The notes below the pieces were generated by a model. It saw only the letters and a program-made list of their open reading frames with translations, was not told where the DNA came from and did not search any database. Of a stretch of 32,642 bases of DNA, positions 8,426 through 15,183 are shown piece after piece. The DNA comes from Dehalococcoidia bacterium UBA2777. GTDB taxonomy: Bacteria; Chloroflexota; Dehalococcoidia; UBA2247; UBA2777. A program made the translations under genes and the position numbers. Location: NCBI GenBank assembly GCA_002352365.1, contig DEIJ01000036.1, forward strand, positions 1 to 32,642. Direction: 5' to 3'. Numbering within the stretch: position 1 is the first letter of the stretch; each line of letters starts with the position of its first letter.

Positions 8426-10771
8426 GTGAAAAAATTCCTTTCCCCAACTCGCCAAGCCATTGCGCTAGCTATAGCATATGCACTTATCGCCTGTTTGATA
8501 TCTTTAACCAAGCATTGGTCATACCACACCTATGCCTTTGACCTGGGGATATTCAGTCAATCCTTATGGTATACCCTAGAGGGGAATATCCTCTACAATT
8601 CACCAGAGGGGATGTCACACTTTGGCTATCACTTTCAGCCCATTCTGTTATTACTGGTACCTATATTCTGGCTGGCGCCGCATAGCGAGACGTTGCTTAT
8701 CGTTCAGAGCCTTGCCCTGGGGGGGAGCGGCTATTTGGTGTATAAGCTCGCTCAAGCCCACAACTTGGCACCTAGGAATTGTTTACTTGTAGAAGGACTA
8801 TTCTTTATTTCACCTTTACTTCACGGGGTGAACTTCTTTGATTTCCATCCTGTGGCATTAGCCATACCTACCTTGCTCATCATGATCTTGGGCCTCAAGG
8901 AGCGTAAGTGGCCAATGTTTACCATTGGTCTAATCCTTTCGCTAATGATCAAAGAGGATGTGATTGCAGCACTTGGTGTGTTCGGTGCGGTTATGCTACT
9001 TAGGCAATATTTGAGCCATAAGAGAATAAACAAGGCATATGTGGCGATATTTTTCTCTAGCATAGCCGCCGCCACATTAGCGATAATATCGGCAAGATTA
9101 GCTTCTGGCCTAGAGATACCCCCGCTACTGGAGCTGGGCAAGTTTAGATACTCTTACATTACTCAACCACCCGGGGCAGCAATATGGGGGGCATTAGGCT
9201 GTCTGTTTAGTTGGCAATCGATGTTTTTGCTGCTTAGCTATTTTCTTCCTCTCCTCTTTCTGCCGCTAGTTTCACTCCCTTGGGCTGCTCCGGTGATTTT
9301 CATCCTGGGTAAAGATATGTTAGCCTCAGAATATTGGCAAAAGGTTTTACATCAATACCCAGCGCCAGCAATCCCTTTTCTGTTCATGGGGTTGATATAC
9401 GCCTTGAGTAGTCAAAAGACAACAGATAACAAGCAACAGATGCTGTCGGCTGGAGTTAGCCGGATGCGGCAGGTTTTACCAATCGTGGCCATCGTAATGG
9501 CTGTGCTAATAAACCTGCACCCAACCAGCGTCTTCAGAGAGGTGAGACTTCCCCAATTGCATGAGGAGGCAACCGAGATAATTTTGAGCCTGGTACCCGA
9601 CGGAACTACGGTAACTGTCCCTCGCCAAATTTTTCCCCACCTATGTACCAGAACTCACACCTATTTGCCTTATGAGTGGAATAAGCCTAATAAGCTTACT
9701 GGAAAATATGGGCTCCAAGAGGTAGACACGGAATATGTAATAGTCGACCTGCGCCATATGGAAAGCTACCATATTGGCTCGTGGGAGGAGAATATATACT
9801 GGGCGGATTATATTGAAGGCAAGTATGGACTTGTGGCTAATATTGATGGCATAAGCTTACTAAAGCGAGGCTATAGCGGCGCCCCGGTTGTAACTGAGCT
9901 GGATGCCACTTCAGGGCTTAACGCCACAATCTTCATAGGGAAAGCTTTCAGCCACAAGGTGGTGGAATTCCAATTCTTACCACCAATCCAAGGGGATTTC
10001 ACCTCAGGGAGTATAATACCTGGGATTGTGCCTGATGAGGGATGGTCAATGTACCTTAGCGGATATATTTATGCCCCCAAAGGCAGTATAAGCGAGTTTC
10101 ATCTTGGTGGTGATAGTAGTGCCCTGTTACTTGTAGATAGCAAGTATACTCTTTACGAACCTGGCATTTGTCCTTATCAGTCTTCCTTGAGGCTTGCTTT
10201 AGAAAAAGGTTTCCATAAAATTGAGCTTTACTACATAAAGAACAATGAAGCGGGGCATCTGAGCTTTGACCCAGGGAATTCTACCCTGTATCGCTCACTG
10301 CCACCAGGAGCTAGCTTAGCAAATTCACAGCTGATAGTGGCTGAAGGATGGGTTAAGACAATCATCGAGGTAGCTGGCACTAATAGTAAGAAGACGTTAA
10401 TTACTGAAAGTCCACTCCAGCAGGGCTCAATCTATGTTGATCCTGCTGAGTTCTCTCCCGCGCTCTCCTCGCTGGGGGATAACTTGACTATAAATATAAG
10501 GACTAAAATAACCTTGGATAAGGATATGGTGGCCAGGTTTACTTCCTTTGCAGATGAATATCTATTGATAAGTATTGATGGCAAGCCAGCTTTGGAGATT
10601 ACCCCTTTCTCGGCAAGGGGGGGTGAGATCAACTTGCCAGCCGGTGAACATACCGTGGAGATACAGCTTAATAAAGCCAAGGATGACGAAGGCTTACTCT
10701 ATATCGCCTGGGAGATAATACCCTGCTTACAGTTTCTTCAGCCGCCCTCGCCCAGTGAGGCTCTTGCTTGA
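8426..10771 (+). CDS. DUF2079 family membrane protein with two C-terminal PA14-like domains
   Basis: same DUF2079 motifs as upstream paralogue; extension has SGYIYAP..EFHL..D..LLVD..LEKGFHKIELYY and RFTSFADEY..ISIDG..NLPAGEHTVEI. Confidence 0.82.
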   Translation: MKKFLSPTRQAIALAIAYALIACLISLTKHWSYHTYAFDLGIFSQSLWYTLEGNILYNSPEGMSHFGYHFQPILLLLVPIFWLAPHSETLLIVQSLALGGSGYLVYKLAQAHNLAPRNCLLVEGLFFISPLLHGVNFFDFHPVALAIPTLLIMILGLKERKWPMFTIGLILSLMIKEDVIAALGVFGAVMLLRQYLSHKRINKAYVAIFFSSIAAATLAIISARLASGLEIPPLLELGKFRYSYITQPPGAAIWGALGCLFSWQSMFLLLSYFLPLLFLPLVSLPWAAPVIFILGKDMLASEYWQKVLHQYPAPAIPFLFMGLIYALSSQKTTDNKQQMLSAGVSRMRQVLPIVAIVMAVLINLHPTSVFREVRLPQLHEEATEIILSLVPDGTTVTVPRQIFPHLCTRTHTYLPYEWNKPNKLTGKYGLQEVDTEYVIVDLRHMESYHIGSWEENIYWADYIEGKYGLVANIDGISLLKRGYSGAPVVTELDATSGLNATIFIGKAFSHKVVEFQFLPPIQGDFTSGSIIPGIVPDEGWSMYLSGYIYAPKGSISEFHLGGDSSALLLVDSKYTLYEPGICPYQSSLRLALEKGFHKIELYYIKNNEAGHLSFDPGNSTLYRSLPPGASLANSQLIVAEGWVKTIIEVAGTNSKKTLITESPLQQGSIYVDPAEFSPALSSLGDNLTINIRTKITLDKDMVARFTSFADEYLLISIDGKPALEITPFSARGGEINLPAGEHTVEIQLNKAKDDEGLLYIAWEIIPCLQFLQPPSPSEALA

Positions 10772-11646
10772 ACGAAAGCAATAAACTCCTCAAGCAACCG
10801 GGAAACTAATCTCTGTTTATGATAAGCGCAGTAGAAACTTCGCCTTAACTTGAGCCCCTCAACACCAACCACCTTGAGAAGGCCTAATGACAGGCTCTTT
10901 TTGATCGCCAGATTTGATACAAAGGAGATGCCCACTTTCGCTTCCACTGCGGAAACGATAGCCTGGGTGGTGCCTAGCACTAAGTTTGGCGAGCAACGCT
11001 TGAGGTCAAATCCCGCCTCGAGGAGCAAAGACTCAAGATTACGCTGTGTGCCTGAGGTTTCCTCACGAAAAATCAGTGGCTCCCCTTCCAACTCTAAAAG
11101 GGAAATTTCTTCCCGCTGAGCGAAGGGATGCTCCGGAAATACGATGAGAACAATTTCATCCTCAGCTACCTTGAACGAATCCAGCCTCTCACCTTGCGGC
11201 GCTATGCCACAAAATCCCACTTCATATTCACCATCTCGTACCTTGGCGATGACGCCATAGGAATCGAATACTGCCACCGAGGCGCTAATCGCCGGATGCA
11301 GAGACTTGAATTCTCCCAAGAGAGGAGGGATGATGAATTCACCTGGTATGGTGCTGGCAGCGATAACCAGCCCACCTACTACCTCATCGCGCAGTTGATC
11401 GAGATCATGTAAAAGATAACCACGCTCCTGTTCGACAAACTTAGCAAAACGGTATAGTCGCTTCCCTGTCTCGGTCATGCTAATTATCTTTTCTCCTCGG
11501 TTAAGCAAGCGGACCCTGAGATCACTCTCTAAACGCTGAATCTGAAATGAAACCGCGGGCTGACTAACTCCTAGCCTTCTAGCTGCCTCGGAAAAGCTCC
11601 CCAGATCAGCCACCTCCAAGTAGGTCCTCAGATAGTCGAGGTTCAT
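10738..11646 (-). CDS. LysR family regulator, CysL-like (selenium-metabolism-associated type)
   Basis: HTH GSFSEAARRLGVSQPAVSFQI; IAASTIPGEF and IFREETSGT in effector domain; start moved to ATG 11646 behind GGAGGTG (GTGGAGGT occurs twice in tandem). Confidence 0.92.
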   Translation of the reverse strand: MNLDYLRTYLEVADLGSFSEAARRLGVSQPAVSFQIQRLESDLRVRLLNRGEKIISMTETGKRLYRFAKFVEQERGYLLHDLDQLRDEVVGGLVIAASTIPGEFIIPPLLGEFKSLHPAISASVAVFDSYGVIAKVRDGEYEVGFCGIAPQGERLDSFKVAEDEIVLIVFPEHPFAQREEISLLELEGEPLIFREETSGTQRNLESLLLEAGFDLKRCSPNLVLGTTQAIVSAVEAKVGISFVSNLAIKKSLSLGLLKVVGVEGLKLRRSFYCAYHKQRLVSRLLEEFIAFVQARASLGEGG

Positions 11647-11681
11647 AACACCTCCACCATATACCTCCACGATCTAAAGAG

Positions 11682-11709
11682 ATTATACCACAAAGGTACC
11701 GTTCACCAA
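11682..11709 (-). promoter_or_regulatory. extended -10 promoter of the LysR gene
   Basis: minus strand TGgTATAAT (perfect -10 at 11682-11687), weak TTGGTG 16 bp upstream. Confidence 0.6.
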
Positions 11710-11734
11710 CCCTCTCCCTCCAGGGGAAGGGAGA
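11710..11734. repeat. REP-like hairpin (CCCTCTCCC..GGGAGA type)
   Basis: TCTCCCT 11713-11719 pairs with AGGGAGA 11728-11734; related copy at 12307-12340. Confidence 0.6.
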
Positions 11735-11737
11735 TTG

Positions 11738-11770
11738 CAGTCAGCAGCTAAGCGCTGATGGCTGACGGCT
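11738..11770. repeat. heptamer repeat/hairpin (GCTGANG type)
   Basis: GTCAGC...GCTGAC inverted pair; tandem GCTGATG GCTGACG GCT. Confidence 0.5.
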
Positions 11771-11782
11771 TACTAGATATTG

Positions 11783-11813
11783 TTTAGGATTTCGTGCTTA
11801 GAATTTAGGATTT
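11783..11813. repeat. degenerate heptamer tandem repeat
   Basis: TTTAGGA TTTCGTG CTTAGAA TTTAGGA TTT. Confidence 0.6.
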
Positions 11814-11862
11814 AATCCGCATTTTACGCTTCGTCCTGAGATTCTAACCCGAAGGGTTTATG

Positions 11863-11894
11863 CGCAACTATTTAGGACGCTATATATAGTTGCG
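11863..11894. repeat. 9-bp perfect inverted repeat
   Basis: CGCAACTAT-N14-ATAGTTGCG. Confidence 0.55.
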
Positions 11895-11933
11895 ATAAGT
11901 GATGGGACATGCCTGTTGGAAATAAAAGGAGCC

Positions 11934-11962
11934 TTGCATGGTGAGCGATTTTCGGCTAAAAT
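11934..11962 (+). promoter_or_regulatory. sigma70 promoter
   Basis: TTGCAT-N17-TAAAAT, preceded by A-rich AAATAAAA and followed by CIRCE at about +1. Confidence 0.75.
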
Positions 11963-11967
11963 GGTTT

Positions 11968-11994
11968 TTGGCACTCTTAGCCGGCGAGCGCTAA
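11968..11994. promoter_or_regulatory. CIRCE element (HrcA operator)
   Basis: TTGGCACTC-N9-GAGCGCTAA vs consensus TTAGCACTC-N9-GAGTGCTAA (16/18), 5 bp downstream of a -10 box. Confidence 0.85.
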
Positions 11995-12103
11995 TTAGTG
12001 TGCCCTCCAGAATGGGTTTTGCAGCGGTAATTATAGTTAATTACAGAATTCCTCGCAATCCCCCTGGAGGGAGGGGTTTCCTTAAGAATAAGATGGCGAA
12101 AAG

Positions 12104-12346
12104 GTGAAAGCTATTTGCTTTGGCGGCGAACTTCGCCAGAAACAAACGGACGCGAGAAGGGCTCTGTGGACAAGATCGAGGAACAACCAACTGGAAGGTG
12201 TGAAGCTCCAAAGGCAACAGCCTACAGGCTCATACGTTGCTGATTCGGCAAGTTTTGAGAGAAAGCTTGTAATTGAAATTGACGGTGGGCAGCATAATGA
12301 GGTTTTCACCCCAGCTAACCTCTCCCATCAAGGGAGACGGATTTGA
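12104..12346 (+). pseudogene. truncated DUF559 (Vsr-like/YcjD) endonuclease
   Basis: ELRQKQTDA.RALW..R.NQLEGVK..RQQP.GSYVAD..FERKLVIEIDGGQH; the expected D..R...L...G..VLRFWN C-terminal half is missing and replaced by a repeat. Confidence 0.8.
12307..12340. repeat. REP-like hairpin adjoining the DUF559 remnant
   Basis: CACCCCAGCTAACC-TCTCCC-ATCAA-GGGAGA; stem 12321-12326/12332-12337. Confidence 0.6.
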
Positions 12347-12408
12347 GCGGAGATTTTTGCAAGATACTCTAATTAAGGGATGTAAGAATAATCGAGGAGG
12401 TGAGGAAC

Positions 12409-12687
12409 TTGCCCATTTATGAATATGAATGTACTCGTTGTTCCTTCCGACTGGAGCTAAAGCAAGGCTTTGGTGAGACATCATCACTGGCTTGCCCCCG
12501 GTGCGGAGGTGATACTAGGCGCATATTCTCACCGGTAGCCATAATTTTCAAAGGGCCAGGTTTCTACTGCACTGACAATCGCAGAGACGGTGACCAGCCG
12601 TCAGACGAACCTGGGATGAATGTGACCACAGGTGATGCTGAAGTACAAAAAGAGGTGGTGGATAAAGCGGCAAAAAACGATGGGTAG
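12409..12687 (+). CDS. FmdB family zinc-ribbon protein (CxxC..CxxC)
   Basis: MPIYEYECTRC...CPRCGG..RRIFS...IIFKGPGFYCTD; TTG start at 12409 behind GGAGGTGAGG. Confidence 0.9.
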   Translation: MPIYEYECTRCSFRLELKQGFGETSSLACPRCGGDTRRIFSPVAIIFKGPGFYCTDNRRDGDQPSDEPGMNVTTGDAEVQKEVVDKAAKNDG

Positions 12688-12690
12688 CAG

Positions 12691-12708
12691 AATGCCATAT
12701 TTGGCATT
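12691..12708. terminator. short hairpin between convergent genes
   Basis: AATGCCA-TATT-TGGCATT; no clear U-tract. Confidence 0.3.
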
Positions 12709-12753
12709 GTGATAAGATCATACGATGCACTTCAGCCTTGGTTTCCGGCTGGG

Positions 12754-13179
12754 TTAGTTTTCCTGCCATCTTTCTCGCTTAACCCTGTCTACGATATGAT
12801 TGATCATTGCCTCTATCGGCGCCTCCTGCCCGAAAAAACCACTAATGCCTATCTCTTCGAGTTTGGGTTTGTCTTCATCTATAACCCGCCCCCCAGCTAC
12901 TACACAGATATCACTGGCGTTGTTCTCTTTAAGCAACTCCACCACTTTAGGAAAGAAAATCATGTACAGGTGGTCGTTCAGATAGCTTAAGGCGATAACA
13001 TCAGCATCTTCCTCTATGGCTGTTCTTACGATATGCTCCGGGGTATTAAATTTGCCCAAGTAAATGACTTCCATCCCTGCCTTCCTCAATTCATTGGCCA
13101 AGAATATTAACCCTCTATCATGACAGTCAAGGCCAGGCATGGCTGCCACTACTCGTATCCTCCTTAACGAAGTCTCCAT
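12754..13179 (-). CDS. acyl-CoA mutase small (cobalamin-binding) subunit
   Basis: GLDCHDRG (DxHxxG), AGMEVIYLG, AIEEDADVIALS, VVAGG; start moved to ATG 13179 behind GAGGAG. Confidence 0.92.
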   Translation of the reverse strand: METSLRRIRVVAAMPGLDCHDRGLIFLANELRKAGMEVIYLGKFNTPEHIVRTAIEEDADVIALSYLNDHLYMIFFPKVVELLKENNASDICVVAGGRVIDEDKPKLEEIGISGFFGQEAPIEAMINHIVDRVKRERWQEN

Positions 13180-13214
13180 TTTCAACTCCTCTTCCCATTT
13201 GGGGGGCAAAGTAG

Positions 13215-14894
13215 TTAGAACGGATATTGGATCATGTCGAACGGGTCATAGCTGGCACCATGTGCCTCTCGGATTACCCCCAATATCTCCCCCAATGTAG
13301 CTTCAGCCTTAAGTGCCTGCTTGATCGCTGGAACCAAATTGTGCCTCTCCCCTTCCTTAGCCTCACTGCGCAAATACTCCAAGGCATTCTTCGTCCTCGC
13401 TTTATCACGGGTTTCCTTCAATCTCTTTATCTCTTCCTCCCGCTTTTCCGAGGTGGCTATCTGCTCCTCCAGAGGTCTATCTCGGCCAACTCTGATCGGC
13501 ACCTCTTGTTCCTTAGGGATTACAAACTCATTTAAGCCCACTACTATCCTTTTCTTTTGCTCAATTTCTACTCGCTCCTTAATGAGTTCTTTCTCTAACT
13601 CTTGGCGCAGCCAACCCGACTCGGTGACTTTTATCGCCCCACCCATCTTTTCAATTTCATCAATTATTTTCTCCATTTCCTCCTCCATCTTGGAGGTGAG
13701 CCTTTCCACATAATAAGAGCCACCTAAGGGGTCGGCGGTAGCTGCTACCCTGGCTTCATAGGCTAGGATGTTGTGAATATTGAGCGAGGTCAGCGCCGAG
13801 TCCTCGGTGAGTATATAGTAGCCTTCATCATATCCTGCGGGATCAAATGACTGCAGCCCCGCCAGGACACAAGCGAGCGACTGAAGGGTAACCCTGATGA
13901 TGTTATTCGCTGGCTGCGCCGCAGTCAATGAATGGCCTGAGGTATGGACAGAGAGGTACAGTCGCTGAGATTGGGGATTTTTGGCCCCGAATCTTTGCTT
14001 CATAATTTTGGCCCATATTCTTCGCGCCGCTCTGAATTTAGCTATCTCCTCAAAGAAGTCGATATCACAGGCACAGCCAAACAGATTTACCCGGGGGGCA
14101 AATTGGTCTATATCATAGCCACGCTCAAGCATGCGATTGATATATTCCAGCATGATGGCGACAGTGAATGCCATCTCTTGGATTGCATTCGCCCCCTTCT
14201 CATGGAAATCATATGCATTTGGTGCTATGGGGTGCCATCTCGGAGTATGAATAATGGAGTATTCAATAACATCAGTGGCTAATTTCGCCGCTAGATCCAG
14301 GGGCCGGGCATTGATATCATACATTGAGTATACTAAATGAATAGGCTCATTCAGAATCGAGCCACTGAGTTTTTTCAGGTCGTAACCTTGCTCCTCAGCA
14401 GCGGTGACAAAAGCGGTGTATATCACTGTGGCTGCCATGGAAGGATTGTTAAAGGAGATACTCACATCCTCCAATGAAATCCCATCGAAGAGTTCATACA
14501 TGTCACCAAGGCAAACTAATGATACCCCGCTAACTCCAGCATACCCTTTAGCTAGAGGATGATCCGGGTCTATTCCCTGATGGGTGATCGTATCCCCGAA
14601 ACAATACAGCCCCGTCTCACCATGCTCAATTAGATATTTGTACCTTTGGTTAGTATCTGAAGCGGAACCAAGACCGGTAAATACCCGCCTCGTCCATAGC
14701 TTCCCCCGATACATATCGCTCCAGATACCCCTGGTAAAGGGATATTCACCGGGGTTACCCACATCTTGGGCATAATCAAGTCCCTCCGCGTCTTCAGGAG
14801 TATATACCGGCTTTATCGGGATTCCCGCTGAGCTTTCGGTGGTGGAGCACCCTTCAAAGCGTCGGGCTGGCTTTATTCTCTGTTTGGTTTCCAT
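13215..14894 (-). CDS. B12-dependent acyl-CoA mutase large (substrate-binding) subunit, divergent specificity
   Basis: PGEYPFTRG..MYRGKLWT, DQFAPR, FFEEIAKFRAARRIWA, TSG.SLT.QP.NNIIR, DPLGGSYYVE, ATLGEI; start moved to ATG 14894 behind GGAGGTG. Confidence 0.93.
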   Translation of the reverse strand: METKQRIKPARRFEGCSTTESSAGIPIKPVYTPEDAEGLDYAQDVGNPGEYPFTRGIWSDMYRGKLWTRRVFTGLGSASDTNQRYKYLIEHGETGLYCFGDTITHQGIDPDHPLAKGYAGVSGVSLVCLGDMYELFDGISLEDVSISFNNPSMAATVIYTAFVTAAEEQGYDLKKLSGSILNEPIHLVYSMYDINARPLDLAAKLATDVIEYSIIHTPRWHPIAPNAYDFHEKGANAIQEMAFTVAIMLEYINRMLERGYDIDQFAPRVNLFGCACDIDFFEEIAKFRAARRIWAKIMKQRFGAKNPQSQRLYLSVHTSGHSLTAAQPANNIIRVTLQSLACVLAGLQSFDPAGYDEGYYILTEDSALTSLNIHNILAYEARVAATADPLGGSYYVERLTSKMEEEMEKIIDEIEKMGGAIKVTESGWLRQELEKELIKERVEIEQKKRIVVGLNEFVIPKEQEVPIRVGRDRPLEEQIATSEKREEEIKRLKETRDKARTKNALEYLRSEAKEGERHNLVPAIKQALKAEATLGEILGVIREAHGASYDPFDMIQYPF

Positions 14895-14976
14895 TCGAAT
14901 CACCTCCGCAAAATAAGCGCGTCTAAGAAAATCCCCCCTAAGCGGCAACTATTTCATTGGTAGACTTCTCTACGCA

Positions 14977-15005
14977 AATATAGTCCAATTTCACTCCACT
15001 GTCAA
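14977..15005 (-). promoter_or_regulatory. sigma70 promoter of the mutase operon
   Basis: minus strand TTGACA-N17-TATATT. Confidence 0.75.
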
Positions 15006-15035
15006 AGGGGGTTTAAAGCTCAAACTAGCAGCCCT

Positions 15036-15063
15036 TTGATACGCTATCAGAGTATGATACAAT
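15036..15063 (+). promoter_or_regulatory. sigma70 promoter of the CoA-transferase operon with overlapping palindrome
   Basis: TTGATA-N16-TACAAT with extended TG; TGATA-CGC-TATCA palindrome at 15037-15049. Confidence 0.6.
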
Positions 15064-15183
15064 TCACTATACGAGTTGTTACCTAGGTTGTGGATGTAGG
15101 GAAGAAATCACCACAGACCAAACAGCGCGGGGTGCTCATCAACCACCGCAGCTGAAAATATTTAATACCAGGGGGTGCAGGTT

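Noticed and set aside
11770-11785. NrdR-box-like TTACTAGATATTGTTT
   Set aside because: Runs into the heptamer repeat, is not at tandem spacing to the other candidate, and no nrd gene is nearby.
11916-12107. 63-aa plus-strand ORF
   Set aside because: Runs through the promoter, CIRCE and a repeat; no RBS or motif.
11701-12346. CRISPR array or tRNA in the long intergenic region
   Set aside because: Repeats are 7-mers and isolated hairpins with no regular repeat-spacer period; no cloverleaf or T-loop motif.
13215-14894. Annotation as ordinary methylmalonyl-CoA mutase
   Set aside because: Lacks the Tyr and Arg carboxylate-binding residues and the GYH histidine, so no gene symbol is given.
14895-14948. 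Upstream TTG start for the mutase large subunit
   Set aside because: GGAGGTG sits directly before ATG 14894 and the extension has no family resemblance.
14895-15183. Cobalamin riboswitch near the B12 mutase
   Set aside because: Mutase leader is under 80 nt and no B12-box (GCCACTG...GGGAAG) arrangement is present on either strand.
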